Below are positions 1 to 8,383 of a stretch of DNA of 43,050 nt, piece after piece. The stretch is taken from the sequence record KF811200.1, one strand, 5' to 3'. Made by a program: the position numbers and the translations under genes. Position 1 is the first letter of the stretch. Every line of letters begins with the position of its first letter. Source of the stretch: Acinetobacter phage IMEAB3. Under the pieces are notes generated by a model, which did not search any database, had not been told where the DNA came from, and saw nothing but the letters and a program-made list of their open reading frames with translations.

Positions 1-452
1 TTCAACTTGCGGCTGCATAGCGTGCATAGGTGCAATATTCGGGCTGTGTTGTCGGTGTCCACCTTGTACGGTATGTTGATCGGCTTTCGCGGTAGTGCTG
101 CGCGCTGAATAAGCGACGTTTCGCGACTGTTCCATACGCCTTGTATGTATGCGTCCCTGTCAGTGTGCGGCATTTCGAAGAAACGACGCATTAGTGAATC
201 ATTGATGTCCATCGGGTTAGACGTTGCCCATATTTCACGCTTACGGTGTGCGGCATCGAGTTCCTGTTTCATTTCTTCACGTAGCTTTTCACGCTCACGA
301 CCCGACATTGTTGCGACCTTTCGAGCGATGATTGTTTCTTGTGCTTGCTTAATCATTTCCTCTTGATGTTTATGTAAACGGAATTGTCTTTCCTTCCAGT
401 CAGCGCGAACAAATCCGCCGTTTGGCAGTTCGTCAAAGTCTTCGTTACTCAT
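1..452 (-). CDS. hypothetical protein, N-terminal part only (ORF runs off the left edge)
   Basis: ATG at 452-450 on minus strand with GGGT about 8 nt upstream; frame stays open to position 1 (translation MSNEDFDELPNGGFVRADWKERQF...); absent from ORF track because it lacks an in-window stop. Confidence 0.45.
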   Translation of the reverse strand, partial: MSNEDFDELPNGGFVRADWKERQFRLHKHQEEMIKQAQETIIARKVATMSGREREKLREEMKQELDAAHRKREIWATSNPMDINDSLMRRFFEMPHTDRDAYIQGVWNSRETSLIQRAALPRKPINIPYKVDTDNTARILHLCTLCSRKL

Positions 453-521
453 TTCGGTTTACCCTTTCTGAATTTATATTCGCAATTATAACACGTATCG
501 CGCCAACGTAAAACAAAATGT

Positions 522-746
522 TTACACTTTGGGCACTGTTTCGACAGGTTTGTAGCTGTAGTATTTGACATCGCTAACGCCCTCCGCATTCGATACGGTT
601 AACGCGTAACCGATCATGTTGCCGTTTATGTCTAACAAGTGCGCTTCAAGCGCCGAATACATGCCGACGATATTCGTGAACTGTGCCGTTACTGGGCAAC
701 GTTCTTCGGTCAATGCGACCGACCCAACTTGTGCATGTGTCTTCAT
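522..746 (-). CDS. hypothetical small protein (74 aa)
   Basis: ORF track; same strand as neighbouring small early ORFs, abuts next ORF at 746. Confidence 0.3.
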   Translation of the reverse strand: MKTHAQVGSVALTEERCPVTAQFTNIVGMYSALEAHLLDINGNMIGYALTVSNAEGVSDVKYYSYKPVETVPKV

Positions 747-970
747 TACCTGCGCCCCTTATAACGTTTACCTTTACGCTGCCACGGTTCAGGCTTGCGT
801 TCGACATAGAAGTCCATGTCTTTGATGCGTTGATATTGCGGAACGATTGGCGCTTCGCGTTCGGCTTCTGCGATTGCAATTGCTTCGCCCATTTCGCGCA
901 TTGCGTCAGCCGCCCGAAGTGCTGCCGCTGCTAGTGCCCTGTTGTTCATGCCGACCATTATCACTTTCAT
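746..970 (-). CDS. hypothetical small Ala/Glu-rich protein
   Basis: ORF track; start uncertain (internal Met at 958/949 would remove overlap with upstream ORF). Confidence 0.3.
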   Translation of the reverse strand: MKVIMVGMNNRALAAAALRAADAMREMGEAIAIAEAEREAPIVPQYQRIKDMDFYVERKPEPWQRKGKRYKGRR

Positions 971-1178
971 AGTGTTCGTCCTTATATTCGACGGTGTGTA
1001 TTTGACGAATGCGTTCTAACAATTCGTCGCTCTCTTTCTTGTAAGTATACAGGTTATACGACGTAATACAAAACCAAATTGTAACGATCAATATATTGCC
1101 CGCAACGTACACATAAAAATAGCGGCGGTTAGCTTTCGCCAACCTGTCCGCCATTCGTTCGATGTCGTCTTGTGTCAT
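906..1178 (-). CDS. small membrane protein (hydrophobic segment NILIVTIWFCITSY)
   Basis: ORF track 906..1262 trimmed to internal ATG at 1178, which directly abuts the stop of the upstream ORF at 1181. Confidence 0.3.
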   Translation of the reverse strand: MTQDDIERMADRLAKANRRYFYVYVAGNILIVTIWFCITSYNLYTYKKESDELLERIRQIHTVEYKDEHYESDNGRHEQQGTSSGSTSGG

Positions 1179-1180
1179 AT

Positions 1181-1417
1181 TCACCCGCAAGCCTTGCCGA
1201 AAACTTCGTACCATGACGCCCAATAAATAACGCCTGCCATAACGATGCGACCAACCGCCCAACCCATTTCCTTAAACGCTTCTTTAATTCGGTTTTGGTC
1301 AATGTAGCTATTCGAACGGTCAATGTTCTGAATTGCGTCGCGGATGTCGATGATGATTAACAACGCTGCAATCATAAACCAAATTGATTCTAACATTTCG
1401 ATTTTTCCTTCTGCCAT
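1181..1417 (-). CDS. small membrane protein (78 aa, hydrophobic MIAALLIIIDI and VMAGVIYWASW)
   Basis: ORF track; two hydrophobic segments. Confidence 0.35.
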   Translation of the reverse strand: MAEGKIEMLESIWFMIAALLIIIDIRDAIQNIDRSNSYIDQNRIKEAFKEMGWAVGRIVMAGVIYWASWYEVFGKACG

Positions 1418-1620
1418 TTCTTTGCGGCTGCTTCAACCGCTGCTTGTAACGATGTCAAATCATCGTCGCTTATTTCGTCAGCCATTGGACGGGGTACGCC
1501 CATCGTCTTAGCCAAACGCACCATGAACATTTGATGTTTGAGCAGGTGCGCGATTGTCATTGTATCACGCTCGTTTAGTTCGAGTGTAAGTTTCTTTTCT
1601 GTCATCCTTTTATTCCCCAT
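1390..1620 (-). CDS. hypothetical protein (76 aa)
   Basis: ORF track; overlaps neighbours by short start/stop overlaps typical of a phage operon. Confidence 0.4.
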   Translation of the reverse strand: MGNKRMTEKKLTLELNERDTMTIAHLLKHQMFMVRLAKTMGVPRPMADEISDDDLTSLQAAVEAAAKKWQKEKSKC

Positions 1621-1829
1621 ACTGGTGCGACCATACCATACAGCTTTAAGATTTCGGTCTTATTTTCGAGTAAGAAGGCTTTCATATCCTTCGGGTCTAC
1701 GGTTTCAATCCAACGAACTTCGCCGAACGCTTCGACCAAGTCAAGGATTAGTTGATGATTGACGGCGTCGTTCTCCTGTTCGAATAACTCGCCGTCGCTT
1801 GTCTTAAACAGTTCAATCTTTTCGACCAT
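1602..1829 (-). CDS. hypothetical acidic protein (75 aa)
   Basis: ORF track; AGGGGG Shine-Dalgarno 6 nt upstream of ATG 1829. Confidence 0.45.
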   Translation of the reverse strand: MVEKIELFKTSDGELFEQENDAVNHQLILDLVEAFGEVRWIETVDPKDMKAFLLENKTEILKLYGMVAPVWGIKG

Positions 1830-1926
1830 TGCTGCCCCCTAGTTTGTTGGGTCTGCTGTTATGATGTTTAACAGCTTTAACAATACTAACATACAACCGA
1901 CGCCAATTGCGAGCCAATATAACTTT

Positions 1927-2517
1927 TTATTCATTCGGGATACCATTGTTTAAGTTGTGGACGTACAAGTCAATCGCTTCTTGTTCGGGCTTAGTTCCGA
2001 TGATCATCGCGACATCATCGGGGTAACTGTCGAACCGTTCTTGACGAACGACGGTTTTGTCCCAGTCACCGAACTGCGGCGACCAGATACCATTTTCTTT
2101 GATTAACAGCGTCCAGTAAATGCGGTTGATTGGTTTCGGCTCAACTTGGTTTACTTTAACGCGAACTTTGCCGTTAACTACTTCGACTTGTGCAATTCGA
2201 GCAGTATAGCTACCTGCTTCTAAACGGTCAGGAGTTTCGACAGTAATTTCGACTTTGTGAGTGCCCACATTACTAACCGAAGGCTTTTTATTTGCTCGTT
2301 CACGTTTCCAAGCACGGAAAACGCCTTTATGTTCACGGCGAATCAAGCCGATAATTGTGTAATGAGTGTCGCGCATGATCTTACAAGCGTTAATGTCGTC
2401 CGCCGTGTTGGTCTTGCGTTTGAAACGAGCGTCGATTGCTTTTAACTTTGCGACAGCTTCGTCGAGTTTCGCAAATAATTCGGTGCGGTTTAAGCTGATA
2501 ACTAATGAATTCGCCAT
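1927..2517 (-). CDS. hypothetical early protein (196 aa), first gene of leftward operon
   Basis: ORF track; sits directly downstream of a near-consensus sigma70 promoter on the minus strand; contains one copy of the TGCCCACAT motif. Confidence 0.55.
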   Translation of the reverse strand: MANSLVISLNRTELFAKLDEAVAKLKAIDARFKRKTNTADDINACKIMRDTHYTIIGLIRREHKGVFRAWKRERANKKPSVSNVGTHKVEITVETPDRLEAGSYTARIAQVEVVNGKVRVKVNQVEPKPINRIYWTLLIKENGIWSPQFGDWDKTVVRQERFDSYPDDVAMIIGTKPEQEAIDLYVHNLNNGIPNE

Positions 2518-2554
2518 TTTGTTTCGTCCTATGGTTTCTTTAACCTATGCGGAC

Positions 2555-2583
2555 ATTGTATTCGATGTTGATTTCGATGTCAA
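2555..2583 (-). promoter_or_regulatory. leftward sigma70-like promoter (TTGACA-17-TACAAT)
   Basis: minus-strand TTGACA at 2583-2578, 17-nt spacer, TACAAT at 2560-2555, about 40 nt upstream of ATG 2517. Confidence 0.55.
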
Positions 2584-2691
2584 CTACCGTCTGTCGGTCT
2601 GTTAAACCGAATATACCGCTGAAACTGTGGTATGAAATACTACTCCGAAACAGCCCCAAAGCCTTGATTTTAAAGGATTCTAATAATAATA

Positions 2692-2717
2692 ATAGTATAA
2701 TAGTATAAATAGTATAT
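2692..2717. repeat. iteron cluster A: three tandem ATAGTATA(A) units (reverse orientation of TACTAT)
   Basis: ATAGTA at 2692, 2700, 2709 with 8-9 bp periodicity, preceded by (TAA)4. Confidence 0.6.
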
Positions 2718-2810
2718 TTCGATTGTTTTTAAGCCGAATAATTAGCCCGAAAGCGATGCCCGAATGAACAGTCCGCATATATATTTACCCTTTTTATTTT
2801 ATAGAAAACC

Positions 2811-2831
2811 TACTATCTACTATTCGTACTA
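2811..2831. repeat. iteron cluster B: CTACTAT CTACTAT TCGTACTA
   Basis: TACTAT at 2811 and 2818 plus a degenerate third unit. Confidence 0.5.
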
Positions 2832-2957
2832 ATGATTTGCTGAAAGCTATATGTACCAACGTCTTGAAGGCAATTCGGTCGTAGTATCCTATATAACGCG
2901 TTCGTTACTACTGTTCGGAATAACAGACCGATGTAACGTTTCATTAAAAATAAATCA

Positions 2958-2980
2958 TACTATCCATACTATTCTACTAT
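2958..2980. repeat. iteron cluster C: ATACTATCC ATACTATTC TACTATTC
   Basis: TACTAT at 2958, 2967, 2975 with 8-9 bp periodicity. Confidence 0.6.
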
Positions 2981-3080
2981 TCACTTTAACAAAGAAACGA
3001 ACGTCGAAACAAATCACCGAATGAATACACCGAAACAAACTATTCCAGATTGATTATTTCACACTCATATAAATTTTGGT

Positions 3081-3109
3081 TGACACCCAATTATTTTTTG
3101 TGTACTGTC
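3081..3109 (+). promoter_or_regulatory. candidate rightward sigma70-like promoter (TTGACA-17-TACTGT)
   Basis: perfect -35 TTGACA 3081-3086; -10 TACTGT at 3104-3109 keeps T1, A2, T6 only; about 45 nt upstream of the first rightward gene. Confidence 0.4.
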
Positions 3110-3155
3110 TGAGCCATATATCAACCCGACGTCAATTAATGTGGGCATCAAAGCA

Positions 3156-3404
3156 ATGTACGAATCATCTTGGGCGAATACAGTCCACACAATGCTCCTG
3201 AATAAACCGTCGGACGTTTCATACAAAGACATTGCCGCACGTTCTGGACTAGGTATCGGATTTATTGAAACGTTCGCCGCAGGCAAAACACCGAATCCAA
3301 CCATTACCCGCGTAGAAAAATTATATAACACGCTTAAAGACATCAAAGCCGAACGAATTGAACAGGCGAAAGTATGGGGCGCGGATTTAAATGTTACCGA
3401 ATGA
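3156..3404 (+). CDS. XRE-family helix-turn-helix transcriptional regulator (Cro-like), first rightward gene
   Basis: SYKDIAARSGLGIGFIETFAAGKTPNPTITRVEKLYNTL matches the Cro/C1-type HTH pattern; ORF track starts at GTG 3141 inside the recurrent motif, ATG 3156 preferred. Confidence 0.55.
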   Translation: MYESSWANTVHTMLLNKPSDVSYKDIAARSGLGIGFIETFAAGKTPNPTITRVEKLYNTLKDIKAERIEQAKVWGADLNVTE

Positions 3405-5667
3405 ACTAACAGCGCTTAACCAATGGGTCGTATGGCGCGAAGAACAAAACCCAGACCCATCCAAGAAGCCGCGCAAAATTCCATATCGTCCGCACGACAC
3501 GGCGAAACGCGCTTCGTCAAAAGACCCGTTCACATGGTCAAGTTACGCTTTGGCTGTTCAAGTGGCGCTTGACCCTTCGAATAACTTCACAGGTATCGGC
3601 TTCGTATTACATGAAGATGACCCGTACTGTTGTATCGACTTGGATGACAGCGGTTTAACTCCTGAACGTTGGGCGCTGCATTTAGACATTGTTAAACGGT
3701 TCAATTCTTATACCGAACGTTCGCACAGTAAGCAGGGCGTGCATATCTGGGTAAAAGCTGACAATCAAGCAGGTAACAAAGATTCGTCGAATGGCATCGA
3801 GATATATACACAAGAACGATTCATCGTAATGACGGGCGATGTTATTAGCGATTTGTCTACGGACGAAAGCATTAGTACCCACATACAAGACGCGCCGTTC
3901 TTAGTGTCGCAGCTTCGGGCATCGTTCTTTACTGAAAAGGCGCGTGAACTTAGCGAAATCGACATCAAAACAACAAAGACCGATCAAGAAATATGGGAAC
4001 TCGCAAACAGAAACCCGTTGTTCTCTCAATTGTTCTTCGGCACTTATGATAAAGAACGCTTGGGAAAATCCGAAGCCGATCTCGCATTCTGTAACTGTCT
4101 GTCGTGGTTCATGCAAGACCGTGACAAAATCTTTTGGGCGTGGAAACAGTCGGCACTTTATCGCGATTACGCAGAACGCACGATGTTAGACTATACAATT
4201 AGCGAATCGTTTAACAACGTAATCGAGAAGATCGACAACACGGTTTTAATGGAAAAGATGCGAAAAGAAATCGAATTCAAAAACGCACAATCCGAAATAC
4301 ACGAAACAGAAGTCGAACCAATGAAAGAGATAGACGAAACGTTACCAATGCCGCAAGGCTTAATGCAAGAAATTACGCGGTTCATTTATGAAGCTGCGCC
4401 GTTACCTGTATACGAAATCGCCCTAGCGGGTGCAATGTCGTTAATGGCAGGCATTTGCGGGCGTTCGTATTCAATCAGTGGAACAGGTCTTAACCTTTAT
4501 ACGGTGTTACTTGCTGAAACTGGACGCGGAAAGGATGCAGCGGCAAGCGGTATCACGACTTTGCTGTCGGCTGTCCCAATCCCCAACGCAACCAAATATA
4601 TTTTACCGTCGTCGATTGCGTCCGCGCCTGCATTACAAAAGCATTTAGCGAAACAACCGTCAGGCGTGTCGATGCTTGAGGAATTCGGTTTATTGTTACA
4701 GAAGTGGACATCAAAGAAGGCGAACCCAAACACCGAAGACTTTCGTCGTTTAATTCTGCAATTATATTCGGCGTCATCACATGGTAAATTCTTGTCTGAA
4801 AACATTCATTCCGACAGTGATAAAAACTCGAACCGTGTCGAACGCCCTGCTTTCTCATTCTTTGGGGATTCTACACCGTCGACATTCTACACCGCATTGG
4901 ACGAAGGTTTAGTCGGTGAAGGTTTATTGTCACGGTTTACGGTAATCCAGTACCGCGGCAAACGTGTATACGATAACCCGAATCGAATCGTCGAACCTAG
5001 CCCGATGTTAGTATCTAAATTAACGGACTTACTATCGTATGTAATGCGGCTCGAAGCAAACAACCAAGTTTGTTATGTGGGGATGACCGAAGAAGCTAAC
5101 ACGATGTCGAAGGCATATTCGCGCCGTGTAACGCAACTAATCAACGAATCAAACGACAGCACCGTCGAAATGTGGAACCGTGCTAATTTAATGGCGTTAC
5201 GTTTAGCCGCATTGCACGCCGTTAGTATCAATTACTTAAATCCAATTATCGACAAAGTTTCGCTTGACTGGGGTATCTCAATCGTCGAAAATAGTGTCGC
5301 AAGCTTCAAGCGTGAACTTGATAGCGGTAACGTCGGCGACATTAACAGCGATATTCGTCAAATTAATGACGCGAAACGTAAGATTAAAGAGTATTACACG
5401 AAGCCATACGAAGCATGTGCGAAAGGCTACAAGGTCAGAAAAGACCTATGGGAAGCCAAAATAGTAACGTATTCGTATTTGCATAACAGTTTAACGAAAC
5501 TAGCGTCGTTTAAGAAAGACAGCTTAAAAGCGACGGACGTTTTGAACAAAGTTATAACGGCGCTAATTAGTAGCGGCGATATAAAGCTTTTATCTGAACA
5601 AGATATGTCAAAGCATAACTTTACGGGTAAAGGTTACATTCTGGTAAACACGGCATTGCTACAATAA
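3391..5667 (+). CDS. bifunctional primase-polymerase (prim-pol N-terminal domain) with C-terminal P-loop/helicase-like region, 758 aa
   Basis: N-terminal GIGFVLHEDDPYCCIDLDD ... GVHIWVKAD resembles the prim-pol catalytic motifs; later AETGRGKD is a deviant Walker A. Confidence 0.65.
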   Translation: MLPNELTALNQWVVWREEQNPDPSKKPRKIPYRPHDTAKRASSKDPFTWSSYALAVQVALDPSNNFTGIGFVLHEDDPYCCIDLDDSGLTPERWALHLDIVKRFNSYTERSHSKQGVHIWVKADNQAGNKDSSNGIEIYTQERFIVMTGDVISDLSTDESISTHIQDAPFLVSQLRASFFTEKARELSEIDIKTTKTDQEIWELANRNPLFSQLFFGTYDKERLGKSEADLAFCNCLSWFMQDRDKIFWAWKQSALYRDYAERTMLDYTISESFNNVIEKIDNTVLMEKMRKEIEFKNAQSEIHETEVEPMKEIDETLPMPQGLMQEITRFIYEAAPLPVYEIALAGAMSLMAGICGRSYSISGTGLNLYTVLLAETGRGKDAAASGITTLLSAVPIPNATKYILPSSIASAPALQKHLAKQPSGVSMLEEFGLLLQKWTSKKANPNTEDFRRLILQLYSASSHGKFLSENIHSDSDKNSNRVERPAFSFFGDSTPSTFYTALDEGLVGEGLLSRFTVIQYRGKRVYDNPNRIVEPSPMLVSKLTDLLSYVMRLEANNQVCYVGMTEEANTMSKAYSRRVTQLINESNDSTVEMWNRANLMALRLAALHAVSINYLNPIIDKVSLDWGISIVENSVASFKRELDSGNVGDINSDIRQINDAKRKIKEYYTKPYEACAKGYKVRKDLWEAKIVTYSYLHNSLTKLASFKKDSLKATDVLNKVITALISSGDIKLLSEQDMSKHNFTGKGYILVNTALLQ

Positions 5668-5693
5668 TGCCCACATATAAAGGACACATCGAA

Positions 5694-6338
5694 ATGGCTA
5701 AATCAACAAAAGTTGTTGCAAACCTTAGCGTCGCTACTGCTGCGGCATATCAAGAAGGCGCGCTCCGCACTAAGTCGGACAGTTACTTCGGTCAACACCA
5801 AAGCCGAAATGTTCTGCGCGGTTATTTAAGTTTCATTATCAGCAATAACAACGAACTTGACCATATTAAAAAGGCAATGTTCTACGGTCGCGGTCTAGGT
5901 GAACACACGCCAGTCTATGCGAAAGAAAGTAGCGTCCACACTGACGACGCACAGGTTCGCGATTTGATTCACTCGATCATCGGTATCAACACCGAAGGCG
6001 GTGAACTTGCCGAACGTCTGGACGCAATTTTAGCACGCAAAGAAGAATCGGCACTTTCAGGCGAAAACATGACAAGCATTATCAGCGACGAAGACAAGGT
6101 CAACTTGTTCGAAGAACTGGGCGACGTTTTATGGTATATTGCAATTGGTGCGGAAGCTTTAGGCGTTACGCTTGATCAAATCATGTTCGCTAACCTTGAC
6201 AAATTGAAAAAGCGCTTTCCTGAAAAGTTCACAGAAGCCGCAGCGAATAACCGCGACATCGAAGCCGAACAAAATAATTTAGAAAACAACTTGACGCAGT
6301 CGGCTGACTGGGGTAAAGTTGAAGAACAAACTAAATAA
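5694..6338 (+). CDS. MazG-like nucleotide pyrophosphohydrolase
   Basis: EELGDVLWYIAIGAE ... NLDKLKKRFPEKF are MazG signature motifs; start moved from 5667 to ATG 5694, which has an AAGGA RBS. Confidence 0.65.
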   Translation: MAKSTKVVANLSVATAAAYQEGALRTKSDSYFGQHQSRNVLRGYLSFIISNNNELDHIKKAMFYGRGLGEHTPVYAKESSVHTDDAQVRDLIHSIIGINTEGGELAERLDAILARKEESALSGENMTSIISDEDKVNLFEELGDVLWYIAIGAEALGVTLDQIMFANLDKLKKRFPEKFTEAAANNRDIEAEQNNLENNLTQSADWGKVEEQTK

Positions 6339-6792
6339 CCGAAACGGTACGTCGAACATGAACAGCAAATTTTCAAATCTCACAAACGATCAAATGATTC
6401 AAATGTGGCACAAGACGCAAGAACAATTGCGCTCGTTGAAGGAACACGAAGCCGAACAACGTCAAGAAGTTATTGACCGCATGTTTGCGAACAAAGCAGG
6501 TTCGGAAGGTACAACAAATATCGAACTTGGTCACGGGTGGAAACTCAAAGCAACGTTTAAGAAAACAATCGGTTTTACAAGCGTCGATGAATTGAACGCA
6601 GCTTTAGACCGCATGGAAGACCATAGCCCAGAAGGTAAACTATTGGCTGACCGTTTAGTTAGTTGGAAACCTTCACTGTCATTAACCGAATTCAAGCAAC
6701 TACCTTCGGACTTTGTCGGGATGATGAAAGACGTCATCACAATCAAAGACGCAACGCCGTCGGTTGAGCTTGTACCACCAAAGGCGAAATAA
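6319..6792 (+). CDS. hypothetical protein (157 aa)
   Basis: ORF track; lies in the operon between MazG and the ATPase gene. Confidence 0.45.
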   Translation: MKNKLNNRNGTSNMNSKFSNLTNDQMIQMWHKTQEQLRSLKEHEAEQRQEVIDRMFANKAGSEGTTNIELGHGWKLKATFKKTIGFTSVDELNAALDRMEDHSPEGKLLADRLVSWKPSLSLTEFKQLPSDFVGMMKDVITIKDATPSVELVPPKAK

Positions 6793-7497
6793 ATGAACAT
6801 TAAAGACCTTCGCCCTGCTGACTATTACGCTAAAATGTACGGCGTTAAAATGGTCGGCTATGGGGCGGCAGGTGGCGGCAAAACGCCGTTAATTGCCACC
6901 GCACCGCGTCCCGTAATGGTCGCAACAGAAGCGGGCTTGTTATCGCTTCGCGGTGTGCAACACGTACCAGTTTATCAGGCGAATACATACCAGAAAATCA
7001 AAGAATTCTTTGACTGGTGTTTTAAGTCTAACGAAGTACGAAACTTTGATACAATTGCGGTCGACTCAATTAGTCAAATGTCTGAAATCGTTTTGAACTA
7101 CCATTTAGGTAGAAACAAAGACGGTCGAAAGGCTTATGGTGAAATGGCTCGCGATATGCTCGAATGGCTTGAAGGTTTATACTACCAACAAGAAAAGCAC
7201 GCTTACTTAATCGCTAAACAAGAAATCGGCGAAGAAGAAGGCGTACAAACCAAACGCCCATATTTAGCGGGTCAGGAATTGAAAATTAAAATTCCGCATC
7301 TTTACGACATTATTGCCCACATTGGTATGAGTCCAGTCGTAGGAATGCCGACACCGCAACGCGTTATTAGAGTCAGCCCAACATTCGGCGTTATCGCTCG
7401 TCATCGTAGCGGCAACCTAAACGAAATTGAACCGCCAGATTTAACGGCGTTGTTCAACAAAGCAATGTCAGCGCCAAGACTTCAAACGGCGAATTAA
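6793..7497 (+). CDS. AAA_24 / Sak4-like RecA-fold ATPase
   Basis: N-terminus KMVGYGAAGGGKTPLIATAPRPVMVATEAG matches the Sak4/AAA_24 Walker A region. Confidence 0.7.
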   Translation: MNIKDLRPADYYAKMYGVKMVGYGAAGGGKTPLIATAPRPVMVATEAGLLSLRGVQHVPVYQANTYQKIKEFFDWCFKSNEVRNFDTIAVDSISQMSEIVLNYHLGRNKDGRKAYGEMARDMLEWLEGLYYQQEKHAYLIAKQEIGEEEGVQTKRPYLAGQELKIKIPHLYDIIAHIGMSPVVGMPTPQRVIRVSPTFGVIARHRSGNLNEIEPPDLTALFNKAMSAPRLQTAN

Positions 7498-7533
7498 CGT
7501 TAATTTTAAACCCTTAGTTAAGGAACTCGAAAA

Positions 7534-8316
7534 ATGGCTAAATTAATTGCAGCTTTTAACCCGCAACAGTATGACCCAACACAAGGCGCGGCAATGTTGC
7601 CCGTTGGTCGTCACCGCGTAGTTATTACGAATTCAGAAGTTAAACCAACAGCGGACAACGCAAACGGTTATGTGCAATTCGACGTACAAATCATTGACGG
7701 CGACTTGAACGGTGTTACAGGTGCATACCGTTTGAACCTTTACCATTCAAGCCCACAAGCAAGCGAAATCGCGCATCGCCGTTTGTCAGCGCTTTGCCAC
7801 GTTTGCGGCGTACTTGGTTCAATCCAAGATACAGCACAGCTTCATAACATCCCGTTTATGATCGAAGTTGTTAAGCAAACCAAAGGCGAAGGCGCTGAAA
7901 AAGGTTATACCGAAGTTTCGAAAGTATTCGACGCAAACGGTAACGAACCGAAACAAGGCGGTAATTCTGCGGCGGCGGTTGCTCAAAATGCAGGTCAAAC
8001 ACCGCCAAACGGTAACGGCGGCGCATGGGGTGGACAACAGCAAGGCGGTTTTAATACTGCTAATAACGTACCTGTTCCACAAGACAACCAAAATCAAGGC
8101 GGTTTCGGCGGTCAGCAACAAGGTAACGGACAGCAACAAAATGGCGGCGCTTGGGGCGGTCAGCAAAACAACCAACAACAAGGCAACCAACAGGGCGGCG
8201 CACCTGCTTGGGGTGGCGGACAACAACAGGGCAACCAACAGCAAAATAATGGCGGTCAACCTTCATGGGGCGGCGGTCAAGGCAATGGCAATGCACCTGC
8301 ATGGGGTCAAGGCTAA
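7534..8316 (+). CDS. putative ssDNA-binding protein (DUF669-like N-domain) with Q/N/G-rich low-complexity C-terminal tail containing five W-G repeats
   Basis: lies next to the Sak4-like ATPase; C-terminal 110 aa is GGQQQGN repeats with AWGG motifs; AAGGAA RBS. Confidence 0.4.
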   Translation: MAKLIAAFNPQQYDPTQGAAMLPVGRHRVVITNSEVKPTADNANGYVQFDVQIIDGDLNGVTGAYRLNLYHSSPQASEIAHRRLSALCHVCGVLGSIQDTAQLHNIPFMIEVVKQTKGEGAEKGYTEVSKVFDANGNEPKQGGNSAAAVAQNAGQTPPNGNGGAWGGQQQGGFNTANNVPVPQDNQNQGGFGGQQQGNGQQQNGGAWGGQQNNQQQGNQQGGAPAWGGGQQQGNQQQNNGGQPSWGGGQGNGNAPAWGQG

Positions 8317-8332
8317 CACATAAGCCGAAAAC

Positions 8333-8360
8333 GGGGTGTGATTCGTCACGCCCTTTTTTA
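8333..8360 (+). terminator. intrinsic terminator/attenuator after the SSB-like gene
   Basis: GGGGTGTG attcgt CACGCCC forms a 7-8 bp stem (one G-U) followed by TTTTTTA. Confidence 0.65.
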
Positions 8361-8383
8361 TTGTCCAATGTTTAGGGGTTATT

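Noticed and set aside
1870-1900. Hairpin GCTGTTA tgatgtt TAACAGC between the 196-aa and 75-aa leftward genes as a terminator
   Set aside because: A 7-bp stem is present, but no U-tract follows on the transcribed (minus) strand. It is kept only as a possible RNA structure, not called as a terminator.
2518-3155. tRNA genes in the 640-bp non-coding region and in 14383-14643
   Set aside because: No GTTCGAATC-type T-loop with matching T-stem and acceptor stem was found. The candidate CTGTT-CGGAATA-AACAG hairpin lacks the TTC of a T-loop and has no acceptor stem partner.
3141-3404. ORF-track start codons at GTG 3141, ATG 5667 and GTG 27121
   Set aside because: All three fall inside copies of the recurrent motif and lack ribosome-binding sites. 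Downstream ATGs at 3156, 5694 and 27082 have better context.
7819-8323. ORF-track entries 7819..8259 (minus) and 7868..8323 (plus) overlapping the SSB-like gene
   Set aside because: They lie entirely within the low-complexity GGQQQ-repeat region of the 7534..8316 gene. Repetitive GC-rich codons keep alternative frames open, and the translations are nonsense low-complexity strings.
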